Source of the DNA: an uncultured Gemmatimonadaceae bacterium
Lineage (GTDB): Bacteria > Gemmatimonadota > Gemmatimonadetes > Gemmatimonadales > Gemmatimonadaceae
DNA: 64,000 nt
Direction: 5' to 3'
Assembly: GCA_963829055.1 (NCBI GenBank)
Contig: CAWHHI010000020.1
Span: forward strand, 384,001-448,000
Part shown: positions 9,347 to 20,779 of the stretch, piece by piece
How the letters are laid out: every line of letters begins with the position of its first letter
How positions within the stretch are numbered: position 1 is the stretch's first letter
Program-made: the position numbers and the translations under genes
Notes under the pieces: model-generated
Database searches by the model: none
Seen by the model: only the letters and a program-made list of their open reading frames with translations
What the model was told of the DNA's origin: nothing

Positions 9347-12300
9347 ATGCCCCCTCCCTCGACCATCGACGCACGCCAGGTTGAATCCGGCTGGCGACGC
9401 GCGCACGCCCCGGGTACGCCTGGCGCTGGCATGCGTGGCGGTGGCCGTGGCGTATTACGCCGGTGCGAAGGCCGGGTTCGTACTCACGCCGAAGACGCAG
9501 CCCGTCTCGACGCTCTGGCCACCTAACGCGATTCTGATGGGCGCGCTGCTGCTCGCGCCAGCCCGGGCGTGGTGGCCGTCCTCCTGCTCGCGGCTCTCCC
9601 CGCGCACCTCGCCGTGGAGTTAGGCAGCGGAGTGCCGTTCGGGATGGTGCTGTCGTGGTTCGTCAGCAATTCGGCCGAAGCGCTGATCGGTGCGGCCATC
9701 GTCCGCCGCTTCATCAAGCCTCCGCTGCAGTTCGACACCTTTCGCAGCGTCGGGATTTTCGTGGTGGGCGCGGCGCTCGTCGCGCCGTTCGCTCTCCTCG
9801 TTCCTGGATGCCGCGTTCGTGCAGTGGAACGCGTGGGGAACCGCCGGCTACTGGGAAGTATGGCACGTCCGATTCTTCTCGAACGTCCTCACGATCCTGA
9901 TCATCGTGCCGGTGATCGTTTCGTGGGACCAGTCGGAACGCTGCAGTCGCTTCGCGCGATCACGGCTCGTCGGGCGCTCGAAGCGGGCCTGCTCGTCTCC
10001 ACGCTCCTCGTCGTGTCCACCATCGTGTTCGTGCGGCCGGCGTTAGGCGGCCCACGTGACGCGTGGCGCTGCTGGCCGCCCCGTTGCCATTTCTGCTGTG
10101 GGCCGCCCTCCGATTCGGACCGGCGGGCGCGAGCGGATGCCTGCTGGTAGTCGCCGTGCTCTCGGTGTGGGGTGCGATCCATGGGCAGGGTCCGTTCGTC
10201 GGCCTATCCGATCGCTGACTACGTCCTCTCGCTCCAGCTGTTCCTGATCGTCACGTATATCCCGATCTTCGCGCTCACGGCCGCCATTCGCGAATGCGTC
10301 AGAGCGGAGGAAGCCGCTCGGCGCAGCGAGGAGCGGCTCACGCTGTCGTTGAGCGCTGCACAGGTTGGCGCGTGGGACTGGAACATTCCGGCGGCCATCC
10401 GACAGGCGCCCGAGAGCACGAACGGACTGTTCGGCCAGCCCGCGACGGGCAACGGGGCGACCAACGGGAAGATCGATCACCCGGCGTTTCTCGACACGGT
10501 GAACGCCGACGACCGGCTGATCGTTCGTCGACGGCATCAGCGACGCCATCGAATACGCGAAGCCCTACGAGGTCGAGTTCCGCACCGCCGGCTCGAACGG
10601 AGCGATGCGGTGGATGTTGAGCAAGGGGACGGTCGTTCGCGACGGGACAGGTCGTCCGATCCGCATGGTCGGCGTCAATGCCGACATCACGGACGCGGAA
10701 GCGGGCCGAAGACGTCCTGCGGCAGCGAAGCCATGCGCGAGGAGAGTGACGCGCGGCTCCGGGCACTCGCGGACGCGATGCCGCAGATCGCGTTCACGGC
10801 GCGTCCCGATGGCGTGATCGACTACTTCAACGGAAAGTGGTACGAGTTCACCGGGCATGCCGAGGGATCAGGTCATCGACGAGACGCTGGGTCAACGTCA
10901 TCCACCCGAGTGGATCGGAATGGATGCGTGGAATCCTGGCACCAGGACGTCTCCAGGGGACGGCCGCACGAGCACGAGGGTCGCTTCTGGAACGCGCGGA
11001 CGGGTCGCTACCGATGGTTCCTCGCGCGCGCGCTTCCCGTGCGTGACGAGTCAGGCGCCATCATCCGCTGGTACGGCACGGCGACCGACATCGAGGATCA
11101 AAAACGCACGGAACACGCGCTGCGCGAGAGCGAAGGCAGCCTGCGCACCTTGCGATCGGAGCTCGAGTACCGCGTGTCGGAAGCGGACGCTGGCGCTCAG
11201 GCGATCGAACGTGACGCTGCACGAGGAGATCGACACTGCGCGTGCGAATCGAGCAGGCGCTTCGCGCGTCGGAGGAACGATTCGCCAAGGCGTTTCGCGC
11301 GAGCCTCGACGCCATCTCCATCTCGCAGCCATCCGGACGCGCGCATCCTCGAGATCAACGAGCGGCGCGAAGCGATGTTCGGGTATCGCGCGCGACGAGG
11401 TGATCGGGCGGACGATCGACGAGCTCGCAGATCTTCGCGCACCAGAAGAGACCGAAAGCGATTTCTCCGAGCTCATGCGAAGTCGCACGGGAATGTGCAC
11501 GAGCTCGAGCTCGACATGAGACACAAGAACGGCACGCTGCTGCGAGCCGTGCTGTCGGCGGAGACGGTCGAGGTTGGAGGCGATCCGTGCCTCATCATGA
11601 TGGTTCGCGACATCACGGAGCGTCAGCGCGCGGAGCGGAAGATCGCCGAGCAGCAGCGCGAGCTCGCGCACCTCGGCCGCGTCGCGATGCTCGGCGAATT
11701 GTCTGGGGCGCTGGCGCACGAGCTCAATCAGCCGCTCGCCGCCATTCTGGCGAATGCGCCGTGCGGCGCAGCGCCTGCTGACGCGCGGTGACGTCGATCA
11801 GACCGAGTTGCGCGCGATTCTCGATGACATCGTGTCTGACGATCGGCGGGCGGGAGAGGTGATCCGCCGCGTCCGGGCCATGCTTCGGAAGGACGAGACC
11901 GAGCTGCAACCGATCGCGCCGAACGATATCGTGACCGATGTGCTCGAGCTGGCGCACAGTGATCTGATTCAGCGCGGCGTGATCGTTTCGACGGACCTCG
12001 CGCCGTCGTTGCCGTATGTGCTGGCCGACGGTGTGCAGCTGCAGCAGGTGATGTTGAATCTGATCGTCAACGCGTGCGACGCGATGACGGAGTACCCGCC
12101 CGACGAGCGGATTCTGACCATATCGACGGGGCACGATCGGCACCACCGTCCGCGTGTCCGTCACCGACAACGGGACCGGTCTCACCAGTGAGCGGCTCGA
12201 GACCGTGTTTCAGCCCTTCGTGACGTCGAAGCGTCACGGGCTCGGCCTCGGCCTCACGATCTGTCGATCGATCGTCGAGGCGCACGGTGGGCGCATGTAG

Positions 12301-12414
12301 GCCGCCAACAACGTCGGCCGCGGCGCGACGTTTCACGTGGTGTTGCCGGCGTCATCGGAGCAGGGTCGGCCCACGGCCATGGCCCCGGCCGAGTCGGCAC
12401 CGGCAGCGCTGTAG
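9347..12414 (+). CDS. MASE1-multi-PAS sensor histidine kinase, multiple frameshifts and one in-frame TAG
   Basis: LWPPNAILMGALL (MASE1); PAS segments GAWDWNI, RWYGTATDIEDQK, MVRDITERQRAE; ALAHELNQPL; QQVMLNLIVNACDAM; GLGLGLTICRSI. Start approximate. Confidence 0.85.
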
Positions 12415-12432
12415 CGCGGCGGGCGCGCTCGG

Positions 12433-14592
12433 TCAGTTTCGGCGCGCGTTGCCTAACGGGATGGCGACGATGAACGCCGCCCCACCGGCCGTCGGATCAC
12501 TCTCGCACCAGATGACGCCGCCGTGCGCCTCGACGATCGTGCGGCTGATGGACAGGCCCACACCGAGGCCGTTCTTCTTCGAGGTGATGAACGGCTCGAA
12601 GATCGCCGCCTGGCGCTCGAGAGCGACGCCGGGTCCCGTGTCGCGGACCGTGAGGACGGCCGTATGCGTCGCGGCACGTGCGGTCTCGATGCGGACGAGC
12701 CGCTCGGCGTCCGGCGGCTGATCGGTGACCGCCTCGAGGGCGTTGAGCACGAGGTTCAGCGCGACCTGCTGCAGCTGCACGCGGTCGCCGACTACGATGA
12801 GTGGTTCGTGCGTGAGAACGAATCGGATCTCGACGCGGCGACGGATGCGTGTCGTGCCTAACGATTTGCACGGCTTCGCGCACCACCGTGTTGAGGTCGA
12901 TCGGTCCCCGCTCCACCTCGTCCTTCCTGGCGAATGCCCGCATGCGCTGGATCACCTCACCGGCGCGGCGGCCGTCGGCCGCGAGCTGATGGAGAATCTC
13001 TCGCACCGCCTCGGGATCGCGCGGCTGGGCGTCGAGCACCCGCATGGCGGTCTGAGAGTTGATGAGGATTGCCGTGAGCGGTTGACGGATCTCGTGCGCC
13101 AGCGCCGCGGCCAGCTCGCCGACCGTGGTCGTGCGCGCAACGTGCGCGAGCTCGCGGCTGCGCTGGGCAGTCGCCAGCTCGGCCGCCCTGAGCTCGGTGA
13201 TGTCCGTGACTGTACCGACGAGCCGTCCGGATTCCGGTTCATCGGGTAGCCGAGGCGCGGCACGGTCTCGAAACCAGCGCACGTTTCCATTGACGTCGAG
13301 CATCCGGAAGTCGAACGGCTCTGTCGGCGCCGTCATCTCTGCCCTGCCGTCGCGCGTTCCACACCTGGTGCAGCGCCGCGGTGTCATCGGGATGCACCTG
13401 CCGCCACCACCAGCCGGGCGACTCCATGTCCGACGCGGCGAGACCGAGGAGCCTGCCTAACGGGCCATCGGTGCTCACCGCGTCCGACGTCGGGATCATG
13501 GGCGTAGACGAACACGCCTCCCGCTTGCGTGGCGAGCGCGTATCGCGCGTCGTTCTGCGTCAACTGCGAGGTGACACGCCGGCGTTCGTCGATCGCGACC
13601 GCGAGAAAGAGCAGCGGGGTGGCCAGCGCGAGCAACACCAGTTGCTGCGCGACGATGCCAGTGGTCGTCGACGGTGAGCGAAAGGGCGGGACCCCGTGCA
13701 CCGCACCTCCTATGGCGACGCAGGCTCCGATCAGAAGCGCCGACGCCGCGCCCGCCAGCCCGAACCTGAGTGCAGCGATCATCACGAGCACGATCGGAGC
13801 GCACAGCACGATGGCGCGACCAACCACGTCGTCTGGCGATCGCATGAACAGCAGTGCGGCCAACAGCGCGGCAGCTCCGCCAAGGCAGAGCGCCTCGATC
13901 ACGCGCGCCCATCGTATGACCGACTGCGATTCGGTAGCGAACGTGCTGCTTCACCGTGGCGTGTGCGGCGAGTCCCACAGGCACGACGATCAGATAGGCC
14001 AGCGTATGACCCAGGATGGCGATCAGCCCGGGTGTCGAGTCGCCGGCCCCGAACGCCGTCCGCATTGCCTGGCGCGACGGGAAGGTCGATCTGAAACAGC
14101 GCCGCCGATCCGAGGAACACGAGCATTGGCGACACGCACGCGATGATCGTGAAGGCACCGATGGAGCCCACTGTATCGAGCCCCCACTTCAGGTCTACGT
14201 ACCGTCGTATCAGGGTGGCGGCGAGGACCGTGCTCGCCGCGTCGACCGCGAACGATGCGAGGATGTACGCGACGGATGCGTCCTGTCCGACCGACGTCAC
14301 CCAGCGGCCGACGAGCGCGGACGCGAGCACCGCCCACCAGCGAGCCGGCGGTGTGAGCAGGAGCGCAACCAGCACGAACGCGCTGGGAATGGACAGCGCT
14401 GGCGGGAACTGCGGCACCGACAGGTTCGCCTGCGTGAACCGTGGCGGCGATCGCGTAGGACACGGCGAACGCCGCCACGTTGCGTGCGAAGCGCAGCAGC
14501 TCGGGCCCATCGATCGCGCTGGGCTCGACGTTGGGGCGACGCATGGGCGTAGCCAAGCGAGACATGGGCGGAGCCAAGGGTATGCGTGCCAT
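12433..14592 (-). CDS. MASE1-PAS sensor histidine kinase, frameshifted
   Basis: Fragments give ALLLTPPARWW, IAALRFG, GTVTDITE, ALAHEIRQPL, QQVALNLVLNALEA, GLGVGLSISRTI. Confidence 0.85.
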
Positions 14593-14596
14593 CTCG

Positions 14597-14719
14597 TTAG
14601 GCCTGCGCCATAACGAGTGCCGCGAACGCGTACACGAACCCGAGGCCGATCCAGAGCGCGGCGGCCGGCTCTATCATGAGTCGCATCCACTGCAGCGCTT
14701 GCGCGAACTGGCTTTCCAT
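14597..14719 (-). CDS. Putative 40-aa single-pass membrane peptide
   Basis: MESQFAQALQWMRLMIEPAAALWIGLGFVYAFAALVMAQA; GAGG upstream; fills the gap between FGE and the kinase. Confidence 0.4.
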   Translation of the reverse strand: MESQFAQALQWMRLMIEPAAALWIGLGFVYAFAALVMAQA

Positions 14720-14756
14720 AACGGTCGAGCGCCTCGTGCTCGTGGAGTGTACGGAC

Positions 14757-15734
14757 TCAGGGCTCCGGAACGCGGAGAATACACCGGAATCCAACGTGAC
14801 TGGCCGAGGTGTCGATCGGCTCCGGAAAGCGCGCCGCTGGCCGGTAGCGCTGGCAGTAGTTCGGCGAGCAGAGATGCGACCCACCCTTCAGCACCTTTCG
14901 CGGAATGTTCGCGGTGTCGCGCGTCGTCGCAACTCGCCCGCCCGTCGTCGTGCGAGCAACACGCCTTCGCTCGGTTCGGCCGAGTGACGGGGACGATACC
15001 AGTCGGTGGTCCACTCCCACACGTTGCCGATCATGTCGTGGACACCGTACGCGTTAGGCGGGAAGGCGTCCACCGGCGATGTGAAGTCGTAGCCGTCGCG
15101 CCCGCTCGTTCTGCCATGGGAACTCACCCTGCCACGTATTCGCGCGATGACGCCCGTCAGGCACCAGCTCATCACCCCAGGCGTACTCGGCGTCGTGAAG
15201 TCCACCACGAGCCGCACGCTCCCACTCCACTTCGGTCGGCAGTTCCTTTCCGGCCCACAGCGCGTACGCCGCCGCGTCACCGTAGGTCACGTGCACGACG
15301 GGATGGCGGTGCAGGCCCTCGAGGCTGCTCGATGTGCCGCGCGGGTGGCGCCATTGCGCGCCCCGCGTGAACGACCACCACTGTCGCGAGTCGTGCAACG
15401 GGACGCGTACCGGCGGTTTCGTGAATACGAGCGAGCCCGCATACATCATCTCCGGGAGCGCGCCAGGATAGTCCGCCGGGTTCGGCGGCAGCTCGGCGAA
15501 CGTCACGTACCCGGTGTCATCGACGAAGCGACTGAATTGCTCGTTCGTCACGGGATACGGATCGATCCAGAATCCGTTCACCGTCGCGTCATGGGCGGGC
15601 CCTTCCTCGGAATAGTGGCGGTCCGATCCCATGCGAAACGTGCCGCTCGGGACCCAGATCATGTCGGCAGTCGATGCGCGTCCTGGCCGGACGAACTCGG
15701 CCGGTGCTTGAAGCATCGCGAGCAGGTTGCTCAT
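14757..15734 (-). CDS. Formylglycine-generating enzyme (FGE/SUMF1) family protein, frameshifted
   Basis: [71 protein letters not shown]. Confidence 0.92.
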
Positions 15735-15760
15735 AGTTGGGCCTTCAGGGTGCGCAAACG

Positions 15761-15805
15761 ACGATGCACCCCTTGGGGAAGCGGACCCATTGGACCTTGG
15801 AGCAA
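15761..15805 (-). promoter_or_regulatory. Activator box plus promoter for FGE
   Basis: Minus strand TTGCTC-CAAG-GTCCAA, TGGGTC, 17 bp, CATCGT. Confidence 0.65.
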
Positions 15806-15819
15806 CACATGGCCGGTGC

Positions 15820-15865
15820 CTAACCAAAGGTCCAATGTCGTCGCGCCCAAGCTGCGCACCACTCT
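15820..15865 (+). promoter_or_regulatory. Activator box plus promoter for the NTT-like operon, divergent from FGE
   Basis: CTAACC-AAAG-GTCCAA, TGTCGT, 18 bp, CACTCT. Confidence 0.55.
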
Positions 15866-15930
15866 GCGGCATGCACGCGAGCTCGCATCGAGCTTGACGA
15901 GAGCGTGCCGATCCCAACGCCCGTTGGCGA

Positions 15931-18275
15931 ATGATTCGATCGCGCGCGGCCGCTCTGACGTTGCTCTATCTGCTCGTCGTGTGCGCTGTCGGAATGCTGC
16001 ACCCGGTTCGCAACGCGCTCGTGCTCGGCGCTCTCGGTGGAAGCGGCTTCTACAAGGTGTATCTCGCGAGCGCGCTGGTGGCGTTCGCCATCGTGCCGTT
16101 CAATCGTCTGGCCGCCCGCATCCCGCAGCAGCGCCTAACGCCGGCGGTCGCCACATTCTTCGCCGTCAACCTGGTCCTGTTCCGGGTGTTCTTCCCGGGT
16201 GGTGTGCTGTTCGGCGTGCTGTTCTACGCCTGGCACGACTTCTACGCCGGCATCCTCATCTCGCAGTTCTTCCTCGCCACGTCCGAGGTCCTCGACCAGC
16301 GCAATGCGAAGAAGGCGCTCCCGGTCATCATCGCTGCCGGGTCGGTCGGCGCGGCGATAGGCGGCGCGGTCACAGGGTTTCTTGCCCCGGCGATCGGCGT
16401 AGCCAACCTGCTCCTCATCGCGGCCGCATTGACGTTCATCTTCGCCATCGCGTTACCCGCGATTACCGGTGGGGCGACGCCCAAGTCCGATTCACACGTG
16501 CGCGTTGTCGAACCTACCCTTCGCGCGCCCATCCGCGACGTCGTCAGAAACCGCCAGGTGCAGCTCATCGCCGGGACTGTCGTGCTGACCGTGCTCGTCA
16601 AGCAGATCGTCGACTACCAGTTCAACACCGCCACGCGCGTCGCTCGGCGACCGCGAAGCGGTCAGCACCTTCCAGGGAAAGTTCAACGCCGCGACGCAAT
16701 GTCTGCCGCTGCGTAGCCGCGCTGGCCATTCGTCCCGCACTCGCGCAATGGGGCGTGGGGGCCGCGCTACTCATGCTCCCGGCAGGCATGATCGTGACGA
16801 ACCTGATTGTCGGCTGGCGCGGTGGACTCGGCCCCGCCGCGCTCGCGAAGGGTACAGAAATGACACTGCGGTATTCCGCCGAGCGGACCGGGCGCGAGAT
16901 CCTGTACATGCCGGTGTCAGCAACGATCCGCGCGCGAGCGAAGCCGATCATCGACGTCGGGTTGGAGAGTGGACTGGCCAAGGCGTTGAGCGCCGGGGTG
17001 ATCTTCGTGCTGCTCGCGACCGTCGGTCCGAGCCGCCTGGCGTGGTCGTGTGTCGCGCTGTCAGTCATCTGGCTCGGCGCCGCGGTCGCGCAGCGTCGAG
17101 TGTACGTGCGGTCGCTCGCCAGCGCGGTGCGCGTCCCGATGACCGGACTCGCCGAGCTGTCGGCCACGCTCAACGAGCCGGCCATGCAGGAGGTAGTTAG
17201 GCAGACACTCGCCAGTGGCACTCCGGCGCAGATCGCATTCATCCGCGATCTGCTGGCGGAGTCCGCGACGCCGACCGCGCGATCGAGCGACCCGGCCGAG
17301 GGAGCGGATGGTCTTCTCGACACCGCCGCTGACGGCGCACTCGAGCTTCCGGTGCGAACTGCCGCGCTGCACAAGCTTCGCCGATTGCGCACCGTTGAGC
17401 CGACGACCAACATCGCCCGCGACGTCGTCCAGCGCATCATCGGCACGCACCTCGACGCAGCGGAACGCTACCGAGCCGCCGGTGCGACGCTCCAGCGGAG
17501 TACCGCACCGACCGAACGCGATCGCCTGCTGCAACGCGCGATCATCGAAGCGTGGCAAACGCGCCAGACAGCCGTGTTCGACGGGCTCGGAGTGATCCAC
17601 GAGTCTCGCGTCGTCGAGGGATGCTACCGTGCGATCACCGGCAGCAACGAGCGGCATCGTGCCTCGGCGTTGGAGCTGATCGAGGAAGCAGGTTCGCGAC
17701 AGTGGGTGCGGCGACTCGACCCCATCCTCCGTGCCACGCCCGACTACAGCTCGTACCCCACGATTGGCGATCGCAGCGAGGTCATCGCCGAGCTCCAGAA
17801 TGACGACGACTGGTGGGTCGCGCAGTGTGCCGCCTATTCCGCGAACGCCGCCGGGGGACACGAGACGATGCAGATCATCGAGCGGGTTTTCTTACTCCAG
17901 CGCGTCGACATCTTCGCTGCGACGGCCAGTCAACATCTCGCGCGTATCGCGCTCGTCACGCGGGAGGTCGAAGCAGACGACGGAGCCGTGCTGCTCCATG
18001 CGGACCAGCCGGCCGACGCGATGTATGTCGTCATCGACGGTGAGCTCCGCGCCAGTGCCAGAGGAGCAACGAGGTCCATCACCGCTGGTGAGGCGGTTGG
18101 CGCACTCGCGTTGCTCGATGATACGCCGCTCGCGCTCGACGTCCGGGCGGTGAAGAACAGTCGTCTGTTGCGCCTAACGAAGCGTGATCTCCACGACCTC
18201 CTGCACGATCACCCTGATCTTGCCGTGTCGCTCCTGCACGGCATGGCGACCCGCCTGCGAGGAATGGCATCATGA
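15931..18275 (+). CDS. NTT/TLC-like MFS nucleotide transporter with HEAT-like helical region and C-terminal cNMP-binding domain; frameshift near 16650-16715
   Basis: PVRNAL, SQFFLATSEVLDQRNAKK, KQIVDYQF, TLRYSAERTGREILYMPV...RAKPIID; MQIIERVFLLQRVDIF...MYVVIDGEL. The cNMP domain from 17868 may have its own start. Confidence 0.8.
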
Positions 18276-19223
18276 GACGTCTCGTATTGGTCGTTGGCGG
18301 CCTCCTGGCCTCGGGCGTAGCTGCGCACGTTGGGGCGCAGGACGCGAACATCATGCTGCCGGCGGCGCGAGTGGAAGCGCTGCTGCGCGAGGGCCCGATC
18401 AAGCCGGTGGCGAACGAGGGGTCGCGGTACCACGGGGACCGGACCGAGCACGTGCTGCTGTCCTTCGACGATACCACGACGTTCGAGGTGAAGTGGGCGG
18501 TATCGGCTCCCGGCGGCGAGGCATTCAACAATCAACCGCGGTACGAGACCGCTGCGTACCTGCTGCAAAAGCTCTTTCTCGACGAGCGCGACTACGTCGT
18601 GCCGCCCACCGCCCTGCGCATGCTCCCGCAGGCCGCGTTCATCGAGGGGCTCCGTGGTGAGCGAACGTTCGCCGATGACCCATACGTGCTCGTCGCGCTG
18701 CAATACTGGACGGCGGATGTGACGAGTGACGGCGTGTTCGACAAGAAACGCGCCGAGCGCGACTCGGTGTACGCTCGGCACCTCGGCGACCTGAACATCC
18801 TCACCTACCTGATTCGGCAGCGCGACGCGAACAAGGGGAACGTGCTGATCGCGACCGACTCCACCAGGCCGCGGCTGTTCGCTGTCGATAACGGCGTAGC
18901 GTTCGAGAGCCAGCCGAGCAACCGTGGCACCGATTGGCAGTACATGCGAGTGTCGCGAGTCAGCGCGGCGACGGCTGCTCGCCTCCGGACGATCACCGAG
19001 GCGAACCTGGTGCAAGCGCTCGCGGTCGTGGCGCAGTTCGAGCGGCGCGGGTCAGACTACGTCGCCGGCGGCGCTCGGTGAGAGCCTCGACAAGAAACGT
19101 GGCGTGCGTCGCACGGCGACCGCGCTGCAACTCGGACTGACGTCGTCCGAGATCGAGGGAGTTCAAACCCGGCTCCGCAGCCTGCTCAAGGACATCGACC
19201 GCGGGAAGATCAAGACGTTCTAG
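18272..19223 (+). CDS. Exported PI3/PI4-kinase-like atypical kinase; frameshift near 19075
   Basis: Signal peptide ending AHVGAQ; VKW lysine, YETAAY, VVPPT, QRDANKGNVL, LFAVDNGVAF; start overlaps the upstream stop (ATGA). Confidence 0.65.
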
Positions 19224-19261
19224 GCACGCATGGCCTAGGCACGCGTGGCGGACGGGGCTGG

Positions 19262-19645
19262 TCAGCGCAGCGATCGAGCGTGCACGACACGCCGCACGAG
19301 GGCGAGGAGTTGATCGCCGTCGAACGGCTTCCGTAAATACCCATCCGGGCCCGCACGGCGTTCCAGCTCGGCCGAGGACACCTCGTCGTGCGCGGTGATG
19401 AAGACGATCGATACCCGAGATCCTGACGCGATCAGGCGATCCTGGAGGTCGAACCCACTCATGCTGCCCAAGTGCACATCGAGCACGAGACACGTCGGCT
19501 CGCGTTCGAGCGCGGCGCTCAGGTACTCGTGTGCGGACGCATACGTCTCGACGGCGATGCCGGCGGTGCGCAGCACGCGACCCAGCGCCGAGCGCACCGA
19601 CGGATCATCATCGACGATGGCAACCCATCGGTCGTTCGGCGCCAT
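19262..19645 (-). CDS. Single-domain response regulator
   Basis: VAIVDDDPSVR, CLVLDVHLGSMSG, FITAH, YLRKP. Confidence 0.9.
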   Translation of the reverse strand: MAPNDRWVAIVDDDPSVRSALGRVLRTAGIAVETYASAHEYLSAALEREPTCLVLDVHLGSMSGFDLQDRLIASGSRVSIVFITAHDEVSSAELERRAGPDGYLRKPFDGDQLLALVRRVVHARSLR

Positions 19646-19825
19646 CTCCGCTCCGCTCGCTCTCGCAGCGTCGCGTGGCGGCTCTCCATGCTGTGGCATC
19701 AGGTGACCAGCTCCCCGCGCCCCGCCGCTGCGGCCTAACGCGAGTCGGCCGACGAAGGAGGCACGCCATTGCCGTTAGGCAGATCGACGCGAATGTCATG
19801 CGTGGCCGCGCGCAGCCCGCCAGCA

Positions 19826-19870
19826 AGGGTAGGAGGCTTCGGGCGACGCGCCCATTATACCTTCGGTCAA
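19826..19870 (-). promoter_or_regulatory. Activator box overlapping the regulator stop codon, plus promoter for the receiver gene
   Basis: Minus strand TTGACC-GAAG-GTATAA, TGGGCG, 17 bp, TACCCT. Confidence 0.6.
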
Positions 19871-20623
19871 TCGGCGTGCGCGTGCAGGGCGTGGTGGGCG
19901 TGCTCGCGCGTGAACCCGACCGCGTTGGAGAACCCCAGGGGACCGCTGTCGAACGTTGGCGGCAGCGCCACGGGCACGTCGCGCCACGTCGCGCGATCGA
20001 ACTGGTCACTCGCGCGATCGAACAGGTCCATCGCCCGAACGAGGTCGGCGAGCGAGCCCGCGTGCATCTTCCGCATGACGCGGGAGCGATGGACCTTCAC
20101 CGTCTGTTCGCACATCCCGAGCTCGGCGGCGATCTGCTTGTTGAGCCGGCCCGCGACGACGCGATGGCAGACCTCGTGCTCTCGCGGAGTCAGCGTGTCG
20201 TACACCGATTTGATCTCGGCGACCCGACGACGCGTCGTATCGGACAGCGAGCTCTCGCTTGATGGCGCGGCGCACCGCATTGAGCACCGCCTCCTCCTCC
20301 ACCGGCTTGAGGAGAAAGTCCTCCGCGCCGGCCTTCATCGCCTGCACGCTGGTCGTCACGTCATCGCTTCCGGTGACGAATACCGTGGCGATGTCACGCC
20401 CGGACTGTATGAGCGCGTTCTTGACCTCGAGCCCCGTCATATCGGGCATCCGAACGTCGAGGAGCAGACAGGCTGCTTTCCCGGTGGTTCCGTGCTCGAG
20501 GAAGTCAGTGCCGCTGTCGAACGTGGCTACCTGGTAGCCCGCCGTGATGAGAAGCCAGCGGAGGGAACGTCTGACGGACTCGTCGTCGTCGACAACCAGG
20601 ACGAGTCGCTGAACATCATCCAT
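19867..20623 (-). CDS. FixJ/LuxR-family response regulator; frameshift near 20250
   Basis: VLVVDDDESVRRSL, LLLDVRMPDMTG, AMKAGAEDFLLKP; LTPREHEV...GRLNKQIAAELGMCEQTVKVHRSRVMRKM. Confidence 0.9.
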
Positions 20624-20711
20624 AACGTGAGCTCCCGCGAGGCATAGGACATTACGACGGCACGCCAGTGGCGGCCCGCCATGTGCGCGCGTCGGTATCT
20701 CGTTCGGAGCT

Positions 20712-20756
20712 ACGATGGTAAGAATCGGTCAATGTGGCTACGTCCCAAAGGTCCAA
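20712..20756 (-). promoter_or_regulatory. Activator box plus promoter for the second FixJ-type regulator
   Basis: Minus strand TTGGAC-CTTT-GGGACG, TAGCCA, 17 bp, CATCGT. Confidence 0.6.
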
Positions 20757-20779
20757 CTCAGGGACAGCAGAAGCGCGGG

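Noticed and set aside
12298..12300. In-frame TAG in the kinase where Trp is expected (HGGRM*AANN), possible recoding
   Set aside because: Single TGG-to-TAG change in a gene already full of indels; TAG is a normal stop elsewhere in the window and no recoding machinery is visible
15147..16700. N-terminal half of the 1042-aa ORF
   Set aside because: Overlaps FGE antisense and the true transporter start in another frame; only the part after about 16715 is protein-like
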